From: Nocardioidaceae bacterium
GTDB taxonomy: Bacteria > Actinomycetota > Actinomycetes > Propionibacteriales > Nocardioidaceae
DNA length: 47,806 bases
Assembly: GCA_029268205.1 (NCBI GenBank)
Contig: JAJUGK010000001.1
Location: 1 to 47,806 of the forward strand
Direction: 5' to 3'
In this document: in pieces, positions 25,618 to 36,425 of the stretch
How positions within the stretch are numbered: the stretch's first letter is position 1
Layout of the letters: the number at the start of each line of letters is the position of its first letter
The notes under the pieces: generated by a model
The model's database searches: none
Seen by the model: only the letters and a program-made list of their open reading frames with translations
Told to the model about the DNA's origin: nothing
Translations under genes and position numbers: made by a program

Positions 25618-26493
25618 TCAGCGGAGGGTGATCCAGATCAGCAGTTGGGTGAGGAGGAACCCGGTGACGAAGTTCAGCCAGAGGAACCGCCTCCAGCCCG
25701 TGTTGGCGCGCTCGCAGTCGGCGTCGGTGATGGTGAGGAACGGCGCGAGGTTGGCGACGTACGGCAGCACCAGGACGCTTGCGAGCGACGCCGGCCAGGG
25801 CAGGACGAGCAGCAGGAGTCCGGCGAGCAGGTAGGCGCCCAGCGCGACCCGGGTCGTGGTGCGGGCGCCGAGGACCGTACCGATCGACCCGATCCCGGCC
25901 TCGCGATCGGCGGCCACATCCTGCACCGCCCCGAAGGCGTGCGACCCGATGCCCCACAGGAAGAAGCCGCCCAGGGCAGCCACGACGGTCGGGTCGAGGT
26001 CGACCTCGCCGGCCCGGCCCGCGGCGAGGGCGAGCCCGTAGGCCGCCGGACCGACGAAGTGGGTGCTGGAGGTGAGCGAGTCGAGGAAGGGCCGCTCCTT
26101 GAACCGCAGCCCGGGCGCCGAGTACGCGACCACGGCGAAGACGCTCACCGCGAGGACGAGTGCCGCCGGCACCGTCCCCCACCACAGCAGCACGGCGATG
26201 AACGGGATGTTCGCCAGGGCGGCCGCCCAGAGGGTCGCCCGGTGCAGGCCACGGTCGAGCACGACGCCCTCGACGCCGCCCTTGCGGGGGTTGCGCAGGT
26301 CGGACTCGTAGTCGAAGACGTCGTTCACGCCGTACATCAACAGGTTGTAGGGCACCAGGAACCACACACACCCGACCCAGAACGCCGCGTCGGTCCCGCC
26401 GCCGGCGAGCAGGTAGGCCGCGCCGAAGGGGAAGGCGGTGTTGACCCACGACAGCGGTCGCGACGAGGCCACGACCTGTCCGACGCGCCTCAC
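25618..26493 (-). CDS. crtEb: Lycopene elongase (UbiA-family prenyltransferase)
   Basis: SSRPLSWVNTAFPF, YGVNDVFDYESDLRNPRKGGVEG, FKERPFLDSLTSSTHF, GWRRFLWLN. Confidence 0.9.
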   Translation of the reverse strand: MRRVGQVVASSRPLSWVNTAFPFGAAYLLAGGGTDAAFWVGCVWFLVPYNLLMYGVNDVFDYESDLRNPRKGGVEGVVLDRGLHRATLWAAALANIPFIAVLLWWGTVPAALVLAVSVFAVVAYSAPGLRFKERPFLDSLTSSTHFVGPAAYGLALAAGRAGEVDLDPTVVAALGGFFLWGIGSHAFGAVQDVAADREAGIGSIGTVLGARTTTRVALGAYLLAGLLLLVLPWPASLASVLVLPYVANLAPFLTITDADCERANTGWRRFLWLNFVTGFLLTQLLIWITLR

Positions 26494-26798
26494 CGCTCGC
26501 GCCGCCCGCTGAGCAGGAGGACCACGGACGGCACGAGGACGGCGGCCGCGACCGGCCAGGCGAAGTCCTCGATCGGTGCGAGCCCGACGTGGATCCCCGC
26601 CAGCGCGTCCTCGTCGAACCGGAACAGGTCGGCCGCGATCATCGCGGAGTCGAATACCGCGGTGAGGACCACCAGGCACCCCGCAGTGAGACCGGTCGCG
26701 GCCCACCAGCGGCGCGAGGGCCGGCGGACGACGACGGCCACCGCCAGCGCGGGCAGCGTCAGCGCGACGAAGAGCGCGGCGAGTCCGAGGTAGCTCAT
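26490..26798 (-). CDS. crtYf: C50 carotenoid cyclase subunit (CrtYf/Yh-type)
   Basis: LTAVFDSAMIAADLF, GLAPIEDFAW; ATG 26798 overlaps upstream stop; ring type not resolvable. Confidence 0.78.
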   Translation of the reverse strand: MSYLGLAALFVALTLPALAVAVVVRRPSRRWWAATGLTAGCLVVLTAVFDSAMIAADLFRFDEDALAGIHVGLAPIEDFAWPVAAAVLVPSVVLLLSGRRER

Positions 26799-27148
26799 CG
26801 GTCTACCCCCGCCGGGGCCTGTGCCGGTGTCGACGGGGCTGCCCCGAGCACCCGGCGCCACAGCCCGTGCAGCACACCGGTGAGGTAGCTGAGGAAGGTG
26901 ATGAAGAACAGCTCCTCGATCGGGAGGTGCGCAGCGACGTCGAGGCCGGTCATCGCCGGCGACTCCCCCTTGCTGTAAAGAGCCAGCTCGAGCGCGACCA
27001 GGTCCCAGACCAAGAAGAAGACGAAGCCGGACGCAACGGCGAGCAGCGCGATGCGGGGCCGGTCGAACAGGAACAGTCGCCAGCGTCGGTCCACCAGTCC
27101 CATGCACACCGTCGAGACGACGATGAACCCCAGGTAGAGCAGGCTCAT
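26795..27148 (-). CDS. crtYe: C50 carotenoid cyclase subunit (CrtYe/Yg-type)
   Basis: CMGLVDRRWRLFLF, FFLVWDL, GES..MTG, LPIEELFF.TFL.Y. Confidence 0.78.
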   Translation of the reverse strand: MSLLYLGFIVVSTVCMGLVDRRWRLFLFDRPRIALLAVASGFVFFLVWDLVALELALYSKGESPAMTGLDVAAHLPIEELFFITFLSYLTGVLHGLWRRVLGAAPSTPAQAPAGVDR

Positions 27149-28761
27149 CCCACCTCCGTCGCCACGCGCCGGAGCGGGGTCGTGGACGGTCCGGTCGAGC
27201 GGTCCCCGCGCAGCCGCTTGAGGACGAGCTCGGCGCTGATGAGGCACATCGGGAGACCGATGCCGGGAATCGTGCTGGAGCCGGCGTAGAACAGCCCGTC
27301 GACCCGTGACGAGGCGTTGCGTCCCCGGAGGAAGGCGCTCTGGCGCAGGGTGTGCCCGGGGCCCAGCATCCCCCCGGACCACGCGTTGAGGTCGGCGGCG
27401 AAGTCCCCGGGACCGACCGTGCGCCGTACCCGGATCCGCTCGGCAAGGTCGGGGATGCCCGCCCATGCCGCGATCTGGGCGATCGCGGCGTCGGCGGCCG
27501 CCTCGACAGCCGGGGCTCCCGCACGGTCGATGCCACCGCGGCCGAGGTCGACGTCGGCGGGCACCGGGATCAGTACGAAGACGTTCTCGTGGCCGGGCGG
27601 GGCAACGGAGGGGTCGGTCGCCGACGGCTTGCAGACGTACGCCGACGCCGGGTCGGGCACCCGCCCCGGTCGCCCGAGCACGTCGGTGAAGTTCGCCTCC
27701 CAGTCGGCGGTGAAGAACAGCGAGTGGTGCGCGAGCTGGGGCAGGGCGCCCTCGACGCCGAGATAGACCAGCACCGCCCCGGGACCGGGGTCGCGGCGCC
27801 GCCACCAGGCCACCGGGTAGGTCTGTAGCTCGGGCGGGAGCAGCTCGGTCTCGAGGTGGTGCAGGTCGGCGGCGCCGACCACCACGTCGGCGGGCAGGGT
27901 CCGCTCGTCGCCGCTCCGGTCGCGGTAGGTCACCCCGCTCACCCGGGCGCGCCGACGACGTACGCCCGCCGCCCGGCGCGTCGGGACGGTCCTGATCGAC
28001 GTCACCCGCGCGCCGGTGTGGATGCGCACGCCGTGGGCGCGGGCGAGGTCGGCGATCGCCCCGATCAGCCGCGTGAAGCCGCCCTGCGGGTAGAGCACCC
28101 CGTCGGCGAGGTCCATCCAGCTCATGAGGTGGTACATCGCCGGCGTCCGCGACGGCGCGGACCCGAGGAAGACCGCGGGGTAGCCCAGGATCTGCCGCAG
28201 CCGGCGGTCGGTGAACCGCGCCGCGACGTGGGACTCCAGCGACCGCGCCAGCAGTGGGAGCAGGTGCGGACCGCTGCGGAGCACATCGGCGTTGGCCACC
28301 GATCGGGGGTGCTCGAAGCTGGTGTAGAGGAAGTGGGCGACGGCGGCGTCGTAGGTGCGCTTGGCCGAGTCGAGGTAGTCCTCGAGCGCCGCGCCCGCTC
28401 CGGGCTCGACGCGTTCGAACAGCGCGACGCTCTCGGCCCGGTCGCTGCGCACCTCGAGTGACTCGTCGTGGCCCTCGAAGAAGACGCGGTAGCCCGGATC
28501 GAGCCGGGTGAGGTCCAGCTCGCGGGCCGCGCTGGTGCCGAGCAGGCCGAAGAAGTGCTCGAACACCTCGGGCATCAGGTACCACGACGGTCCGGTGTCG
28601 AAGCGGAACCCGTCGCGCTCCCAGCTGCCGGCACGGCCGCCGACCTCATCCCGCTGCTCGAGCAGGTCGACCGACCGGCCATCGGCAGCGAGCAGCGCGG
28701 CGGTGGCGAGCCCGGCGATGCCTCCGCCGACGACGGCGACCCGCTCGCCGTACCGGCTCAT
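27145..28761 (-). CDS. crtI: Phytoene desaturase
   Basis: GGGIAGLATA FAD motif, GFRFDTGPSWYLMPE, CKPSATDP, PGIGLPMCLISAE. Confidence 0.95.
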   Translation of the reverse strand: MSRYGERVAVVGGGIAGLATAALLAADGRSVDLLEQRDEVGGRAGSWERDGFRFDTGPSWYLMPEVFEHFFGLLGTSAARELDLTRLDPGYRVFFEGHDESLEVRSDRAESVALFERVEPGAGAALEDYLDSAKRTYDAAVAHFLYTSFEHPRSVANADVLRSGPHLLPLLARSLESHVAARFTDRRLRQILGYPAVFLGSAPSRTPAMYHLMSWMDLADGVLYPQGGFTRLIGAIADLARAHGVRIHTGARVTSIRTVPTRRAAGVRRRRARVSGVTYRDRSGDERTLPADVVVGAADLHHLETELLPPELQTYPVAWWRRRDPGPGAVLVYLGVEGALPQLAHHSLFFTADWEANFTDVLGRPGRVPDPASAYVCKPSATDPSVAPPGHENVFVLIPVPADVDLGRGGIDRAGAPAVEAAADAAIAQIAAWAGIPDLAERIRVRRTVGPGDFAADLNAWSGGMLGPGHTLRQSAFLRGRNASSRVDGLFYAGSSTIPGIGLPMCLISAELVLKRLRGDRSTGPSTTPLRRVATEVG

Positions 28762-29705
28762 GCGACCCCTCTGGTCAGGGCACGGGCGATGACGCGCGCC
28801 TTGTGCGGACCCGGCACGCGGACCCGCTCGGCGCGGATGCGGGCCGGCGGCGTACGACGAAGCCGGCGCGACAGCTCCGCGAAGAGGGCATGCGCGGCGC
28901 AGACCGCACGGCGGCTGCTGGCCGGGAGCTTCGCGACGGCCACCGCGGCGGCGGCGAGGTCGGCGTCGATGTCGTCGAGCAGCCGGTCGCGGGTCGCGAC
29001 GTCGAAGTCGGCGGAGGTCAGTCCGGGGAAGTAGGAGCGGCCGAGGTCGTCGGCGTCGGCGGCCAGGTCCCGCAGGAAGTTGACCTTCTGGAAGGCGGCG
29101 CCCAACCGCTGCGCACCCTCGCGCAGGTCGGCGTACTCCTCCTCTGCGTGCGGGCGTCCCAGGAGGAACGCGCGCAGACACATGAGACCGACGACCTCCG
29201 CGGAGCCGTAGACGTAGGCGGCGAAGCTCTCCTCGTCGTGGACCCGGCGGGAGAGGTCCATCCGCATGGAGGCGAAGAACGGGTCGACCAGGTCGGCACC
29301 GATCCCGGCTTCCCGCGCGGTGCGGGCGAAGGCGTGCACGACCAGGTTGGCACTGTGTCCCGTCGCCAGGGCCTCGTGCACCGCGGCCTGGAGTCCGTCG
29401 AGCAGTCGCGCCTGCTGCGCCCGGTCACCGTCGGGCCGCGGGGCGTCGACGATCTCGTCGGCGACCCGCACCAGGGCGTAGATGTTGCGCACGTGCGCCC
29501 GCGTCGGCTCCGCGAGCAGGCGGGAGGCCACCCCGAACGACGTCGAGTACCGCTTGATCACCAGGGCGGCCGACGCCTCGGCCACCCGGTCGTAGAGCAG
29601 GTGTGAGGTCGTCACCGCCGGGGCCGGCCGCACCGCCCGTGGGCGCAGCGGCGTCGGCCCGGCCGGAGGGGTCGCGCCGGGCGGCTCGGCGGCATCGTGC
29701 GTCAT
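28758..29705 (-). CDS. crtB: Phytoene synthase
   Basis: YSTSF, YALVRVADEIVD, YVYGSAEVVGLMC, AFQKVNFLRD; ATG 29705 with GGAGAGG SD. Confidence 0.93.
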   Translation of the reverse strand: MTHDAAEPPGATPPAGPTPLRPRAVRPAPAVTTSHLLYDRVAEASAALVIKRYSTSFGVASRLLAEPTRAHVRNIYALVRVADEIVDAPRPDGDRAQQARLLDGLQAAVHEALATGHSANLVVHAFARTAREAGIGADLVDPFFASMRMDLSRRVHDEESFAAYVYGSAEVVGLMCLRAFLLGRPHAEEEYADLREGAQRLGAAFQKVNFLRDLAADADDLGRSYFPGLTSADFDVATRDRLLDDIDADLAAAAVAVAKLPASSRRAVCAAHALFAELSRRLRRTPPARIRAERVRVPGPHKARVIARALTRGVA

Positions 29706-29788
29706 GGGGTTCCTCTCCCCCGGCGACGGGCCGCTCACGCCTGCGTGGCGCAGCCCCGTCGCCCGGCTGGCATGACGTGTGTCACACC

Positions 29789-30406
29789 CTACGACGACGG
29801 CGCCCGCAGCACGGTCACCGCGAAGTCGGAGCCGTCGGTGAACGGCTCGAGGTCCCAGGTCGCGAACCGGTGCTCGAGCACCAGCCCGACCGACTCCGCG
29901 TCGGCGTCGAACTGCGCGTAGGAGTAGACCTCCGGGTCGCGGCGGAAGCCGATCACGATCCGGCCGCCCGCCCGGGTGTGCGACCGCAGCCGGTCGAGCA
30001 CCGTGCGCTCGGTGCCGGGCGCGAGGAAGACCATCACGTTGCCGGCGCTGACCACCAGGTCGAACGGCTCCCCCGGCAGGTCGAGGGCCGCGAGATCCTG
30101 CACGTGGTAGGCCGGCCCCGGGTGGTCGACCCGCGCCGCGGCGACGAGTTCCGGGTCGACATCGACGCCGACCACGTCATGGCCCCGACGGTGCAGGGCG
30201 CCGGCGACCCGACCCGGCCCGCATCCGGCATCGAGGACGCGCGCACCGCGGGGCAGCATCGCGTCGACGGTGCGGGCCTCCCCCTCCAGGTCGGTGCCGT
30301 CGGCGGCGAGTCGGCGGAACCTGTCGATGTACCACTGCGAGTGGGAGGTGCCGGCCTCGACGGCCTCGGCGGAGCGGTGCTGGAACCAGCGCGGGGTGGT
30401 GGTCAT
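29789..30406 (-). CDS. Class I SAM-dependent methyltransferase
   Basis: VLDAGCGPGR, GVDVD, FDLVVSAGNV. Confidence 0.9.
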   Translation of the reverse strand: MTTTPRWFQHRSAEAVEAGTSHSQWYIDRFRRLAADGTDLEGEARTVDAMLPRGARVLDAGCGPGRVAGALHRRGHDVVGVDVDPELVAAARVDHPGPAYHVQDLAALDLPGEPFDLVVSAGNVMVFLAPGTERTVLDRLRSHTRAGGRIVIGFRRDPEVYSYAQFDADAESVGLVLEHRFATWDLEPFTDGSDFAVTVLRAPSS

Positions 30407-30486
30407 GGGGCCATCCTCGCCGACCACTCGCGCGGACCCCCCACGCCGGCCCGGCACACCGGCCCGCAATGCCGCCGCAGAATGCA

Positions 30487-30514
30487 GAACGGCGCCGGTC
30501 TCCCGGCGCCGTTC
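30487..30514 (-). terminator. Intrinsic terminator hairpin after tRNA-Leu
   Basis: GAACGGCGCCGG-TCTC-CCGGCGCCGTTC, perfect 12-bp stem 4 nt past the CCA end. Confidence 0.75.
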
Positions 30515-30518
30515 CGAC

Positions 30519-30606
30519 TGGTGTCCGAGGGGGGACTTGAACCCCCACCCCCTATACGGGGACTAGCACCTCAAGCTAGCGCGTCTGCCTATTCCGCCAC
30601 CCGGAC
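30519..30606 (-). tRNA. tRNA-Leu(GAG)
   Basis: GTCCGGG acceptor, GGCGGAATAGGCAGACGC D arm, CTAGC-TTGAGGT-GCTAG anticodon arm, long variable arm, TTCAAGT T loop, encoded CCA. Confidence 0.97.
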
Positions 30607-30686
30607 AAGGGTGTTGGCGCTCTCCCGAGCGCGCCGCGCAACTGTAGCAAAGCACTGCCCCAGCAGTGGAATCGGGGGCGCGGCGC

Positions 30687-32753
<2,067 letters not shown>

Positions 32754-32810
32754 CGCAGGTCGGGTCGTCGTACGGATCCGAGCCGGCTCGGTGGGCGCGA
32801 GGGTGGAGCC

Positions 32811-33101
32811 ATGACCACACCACCTCCCACCAGGACCACCCAGGCCTTCTTCGTGCAGGCCGGACTGTCCTTCGCCATCGCCCTGGGTTCGGTGACCATC
32901 GGGATCGCCTACCTGCCCGTCGACGGGTGGATGCGGGCCTTCCTCGCCCTGGGCGCCGTCTTCCTCACCACCTCGACCTTCACCCTGGCCAAGTGCGTCC
33001 GCGACGCCCAGGAGACCCAGCTGGTCACCGCGCGTCTCGACCAGGCGCGCGTGGACAAGCTGCTGGCCGAGCACGACCCGTACGGCCCGCTGGCCGCCTG
33101 A
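32811..33101 (+). CDS. YiaA/YiaB family inner membrane protein
   Basis: TQAFFVQA..SF, W.RAFL, TSTFTLAKCVRD.QE, R.DKLLAEHDP. Confidence 0.85.
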   Translation: MTTPPPTRTTQAFFVQAGLSFAIALGSVTIGIAYLPVDGWMRAFLALGAVFLTTSTFTLAKCVRDAQETQLVTARLDQARVDKLLAEHDPYGPLAA

Positions 33102-33108
33102 GCAGCGG

Positions 33109-34332
33109 CTACTTCAGCTGCGCCGACGAGAGCCCGAGCACACGGCGGGCGACGATGAGCTGCTGGATCTGCTGGGTGCCCTCGAAGATGTCGAGGATCT
33201 TGGAGTCGCGGCTCCACTTCTCCAGCAGCTCGGCCTCGCTGTAGCCCACGGTGCCGCACAGCTCGACGCAGCTGAGCGTGACGTCGGACCCCACGCGTCC
33301 GGCCTTCGCCTTCGCCATGGACGCCTCGAGCGAGTTCGGCTCCCGGTTGTCGGCCATCCACGCCGCCTGCATCATCAGCAGCCGGGCGCCCTCCCAGTCG
33401 GACTCCAGCTGCAGCAGCTTCGCGGCGGCGGCGTGCTGGGTGTGGGCCGGGCGGTCGTAGTCGACGACCACCCCGGCCCGCTCCAGCAGGTCCTTGGTGA
33501 GGTCGAGGGCGGCCCGGGCGCAGCCGACCGCCATCGAGGCGACCAGCGGGCGGGTGTTGTCGAAGGTCGCCATCGCGCCGGCGAAGCCCTGCTTGACGTC
33601 GATCTCCGGGGAGCCGAGGAGGTTCTCCGCCGGGACGCGGCAGTCGTCGAAGATGATCACCGCGGTGTCGGAGGCGCGGATCCCGAGCTTGTGCTCGAGC
33701 CGCTCGACCCGCATGCCGGGCGTGCCCTTCTCGACCACGAACGACTTGATCGCCGCGCGGCCCAGGGTCTTGTCGAGCGTCGCCCAGACCACCACGGCGT
33801 CGGCGCGCTCGCCGGAGGTGACGAAGATCTTCTCGCCGTTGAGGACGTAGTGGTCGCCGTCCTTGACCGCGGTCGTGGTGATGTTGGCCGAGTCGGACCC
33901 GGTGCCCGGCTCGGTGATGGCCATCGCGGCCCACACCCCCTTGAACCGCTCCTGCTGCTCGGCGTTCGCCACCGAGGCGATCGCGGAGTTGCCGAGCCCC
34001 TGGCGCGGCATCGAGAGCAGGAGGCCGACGTCGCCCCAGCACATCTCGGCGATCGACATGACCGAGGCGAGGTTGGAGCCGTTCTTGACGCCCTGCTCGG
34101 ACTCCTTCGCCTGCTCGTCCTCGTCGCGCCGTACGCCGGCGGCGCCGGCGCCCTCGGAGGCACCCGACTCCGCGAGCCCGTCGATCATCGCCGCGAGCAT
34201 GTCGAGTTCCTTGGGGTACTCGTGCTCCGCGCGGTCGTAGTGGCGCGAGATCGGCCGCAGCATGTTCATCGCGACCTGGTGGGCCTGCTCGGTGAGGGCC
34301 CGGAACTTCTTGGGGTCTTCGAGATTGATCAT
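33109..34332 (-). CDS. Acyl-CoA dehydrogenase (FadE23-like)
   Basis: AMAITEPGTGSD, LNGEKIFVT, KLGIRASDTA, DIFEGTQQIQ. Confidence 0.93.
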   Translation of the reverse strand: MINLEDPKKFRALTEQAHQVAMNMLRPISRHYDRAEHEYPKELDMLAAMIDGLAESGASEGAGAAGVRRDEDEQAKESEQGVKNGSNLASVMSIAEMCWGDVGLLLSMPRQGLGNSAIASVANAEQQERFKGVWAAMAITEPGTGSDSANITTTAVKDGDHYVLNGEKIFVTSGERADAVVVWATLDKTLGRAAIKSFVVEKGTPGMRVERLEHKLGIRASDTAVIIFDDCRVPAENLLGSPEIDVKQGFAGAMATFDNTRPLVASMAVGCARAALDLTKDLLERAGVVVDYDRPAHTQHAAAAKLLQLESDWEGARLLMMQAAWMADNREPNSLEASMAKAKAGRVGSDVTLSCVELCGTVGYSEAELLEKWSRDSKILDIFEGTQQIQQLIVARRVLGLSSAQLK

Positions 34333-34360
34333 GGTGTGTCCTGACTGGTGAGGCGGCGCC

Positions 34361-35725
34361 TCAGACCAGCACTGCTCCTTCCGCCAGTCCGATCGCGCGC
34401 AGGTCGCGGTACCACCGCTCCACGGGGTGCTCCTTGACGAAGCCGTGGCCGCCGAGGAGCTGGACGCCGTCCAGGCCGATGCGCATCCCGTGGTCGGCGC
34501 ACGCCCTGCGGGCCAGCGCCACCTCGCGGGAGAAGTCCTTGCCCTGGGCGGCGCGGGAGGCCGCGCGGTAGGTCAGCAGCCGCATGGCCTGCAGCTCGAT
34601 CGCCATGTCGGCGACCATGAAGGCCACCGACTGCCGGTGGGCGACCGGCTCGCCGAACGCCTCGCGCTCCTTCACGTAGGGCGTCACGTAGTCGAGCACC
34701 GCTTGGGCCGTCCCGACCGCCAGCCCGCACCAGGCGAGCCGCGAGAGCCGGACGCACTCGGCGTAGGTCGACCCGTCGGTCGCGCCCAGCAGGTTGCCCG
34801 CCGGGACCCGTACGCCCTCGAGGTGCAGCTTGGTCAGGGCACCGGCCCGGACGCCCATCGACGGGTCGGCCTCGATCCGCACCCCGGCCGTCGCAGACTC
34901 CACGAGGACCAGCACAGGCGAGCCCTCGAGCGTGGCGCCGACGACGAACAGCTCGGCCTCGGCGCCCCGCGGCACCAGCGACTTCACCCCGTCGAGGACG
35001 AGGTCGTCGCCCTCGCGCCGCGCGACCGTGCCCGGGGTGAGCGCGTCGTAGAGGACCGTCGGCTCGGCGAGGGCGAGCGCGGCCGCGGGGACCTCGTCGC
35101 CGGTGAAGGCCGGCAGGTAGGTCTGCTGCTGCGCCTCGTCGCCCCACAGCGACAGCGCGGTCGCGACCGCGCCCGGGGCCATCGCGGCCACGGCGATGCC
35201 GAGGTCACCGCGCGCCAGCGCCTCGGTCACGAGCACACCGGCGACCGCCGACCGCTCCTCGGAGATGCCGCCCAGCGCCTCGGGGACGCCGAGCAGCGGG
35301 ATCCCGATCTCGGTGGCGGAGGCGAGGACATCGGAGGGGGTGGCGCACGCCTCGTCGGCCTTGGCAGCCGCGGGGCGCACCACCTCGGTCGCGAGCTCGG
35401 TGACCACGTCGACGAGCATCTGCTCGTCCTCGGTCGGGGTCAGGTCGAAGACCCGGTCGGCGCGCGCGGCTGCGGGTCGCACGCCCGCCCCGCCCTTCGC
35501 CCCCTTGCGGGCGAAGGTCCGACTGGCGGCACCGAGCGCCTTGAACCCGCCACGGGTGGTGGTGAACACCGCCTGCTCGGTCGTCCGGCGCAGCCCGAGG
35601 CGGTCGAGCAGCGGGCTCTGCGCGAGGACGTTCAGCGCTGCGACGGCGTAGCCGATCGGGTCGCGGGACTCCTTGGACGACAGCCCGTGCTTCCCGCCGG
35701 GCCGGAGGCTCTTCGTCAACGACAT
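34361..35725 (-). CDS. Acyl-CoA dehydrogenase (FadE24-like)
   Basis: FDLTPTEDE, REAFG.P, VQLLGGHGFVKEHPVERWYRD; ATG 35725. Confidence 0.9.
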   Translation of the reverse strand: MSLTKSLRPGGKHGLSSKESRDPIGYAVAALNVLAQSPLLDRLGLRRTTEQAVFTTTRGGFKALGAASRTFARKGAKGGAGVRPAAARADRVFDLTPTEDEQMLVDVVTELATEVVRPAAAKADEACATPSDVLASATEIGIPLLGVPEALGGISEERSAVAGVLVTEALARGDLGIAVAAMAPGAVATALSLWGDEAQQQTYLPAFTGDEVPAAALALAEPTVLYDALTPGTVARREGDDLVLDGVKSLVPRGAEAELFVVGATLEGSPVLVLVESATAGVRIEADPSMGVRAGALTKLHLEGVRVPAGNLLGATDGSTYAECVRLSRLAWCGLAVGTAQAVLDYVTPYVKEREAFGEPVAHRQSVAFMVADMAIELQAMRLLTYRAASRAAQGKDFSREVALARRACADHGMRIGLDGVQLLGGHGFVKEHPVERWYRDLRAIGLAEGAVLV

Positions 35726-35733
35726 GGTCGCAA

Positions 35734-35750
35734 TGTAACTCGGAGTTACA
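35734..35750. promoter_or_regulatory. Palindromic operator overlapping the -10 of the acyl-CoA dehydrogenase operon
   Basis: TGTAACTC-G-GAGTTACA perfect 8-1-8; minus strand continues TACATT-N6-ATG. Confidence 0.65.
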
Positions 35751-35819
35751 CCGGCTGTCACCCATTCCGGCGCGTGGGGCCGATCACGGGTCCGGCCCCG
35801 GGGTCCTAGGCTCGACGCC

Positions 35820-36419
35820 ATGGCGCCCCGCACCCCCTCGCCCGACGTCCACGCCCCGTACGGTCCGCTGCCCGAGGGCGGCACGGTCCGCCCGATCACC
35901 CGGTGGGGCACCGCGGTGATGCATCGGCCGAACCTGCCGGTGACCGCCTTCGACGAGGACCTGCGCACCCTGGCCGCCGACATGGTGGCGACGATGTACG
36001 CCGCCGACGGCGTTGGCCTGGCGGCCTGTCAGATCGGTGTCGATCTGGCCCTGTTCGTCTTCGACTGTCCCGACGAGGACGGCCGCCGCCACGTCGGCGT
36101 CGTCGCCAACCCGGTGCTGGAGCTCCCCGAGGGGCGGGAGCGCCGACTCGCCGACGAGGACGAGGGATGCCTGTCCTACCCGGGCGCCTACGCGCCGTGC
36201 GCGCGGCCCGACTTCGCGATCGTGGAGGGACAGGGGCTCGACGGTTCGCCGGTGCGGTTCAGCGGCGACGGGCTCCTCGCGCGCTGCCTGCAGCACGAGG
36301 CCGACCACACCCGGGGCATGGTCTTCGGCGACCGGCTCAACCGCCGCGACCGCAAGCGACTCGACAAGCAGCACGCCGAGGCCGCCCCGTCGTTCGCCGA
36401 CGACTGGCCAGTCGGCTGA
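35820..36419 (+). CDS. def: Peptide deformylase
   Basis: GVGLAACQIG, EGCLS, QHEADH motifs. Confidence 0.92.
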   Translation: MAPRTPSPDVHAPYGPLPEGGTVRPITRWGTAVMHRPNLPVTAFDEDLRTLAADMVATMYAADGVGLAACQIGVDLALFVFDCPDEDGRRHVGVVANPVLELPEGRERRLADEDEGCLSYPGAYAPCARPDFAIVEGQGLDGSPVRFSGDGLLARCLQHEADHTRGMVFGDRLNRRDRKRLDKQHAEAAPSFADDWPVG

Positions 36420-36425
36420 GCCGCC

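Noticed and set aside
26799-28585. Long N-terminal extensions suggesting crtY fusions or frameshifts
   Set aside because: Each crt gene has its own start in a 4-bp overlap; extensions are off-frame read-through of the upstream gene
23712-30521. Integrative island at the tRNA-Leu 3' end
   Set aside because: No integrase or transposase, no duplicated tRNA 3' end seen near the M20 gene, native terminator intact, no obvious GC shift
32777-32790. CCGAGCCGGCTCGG palindrome
   Set aside because: Nearly all GC and plausible by chance; no supporting context
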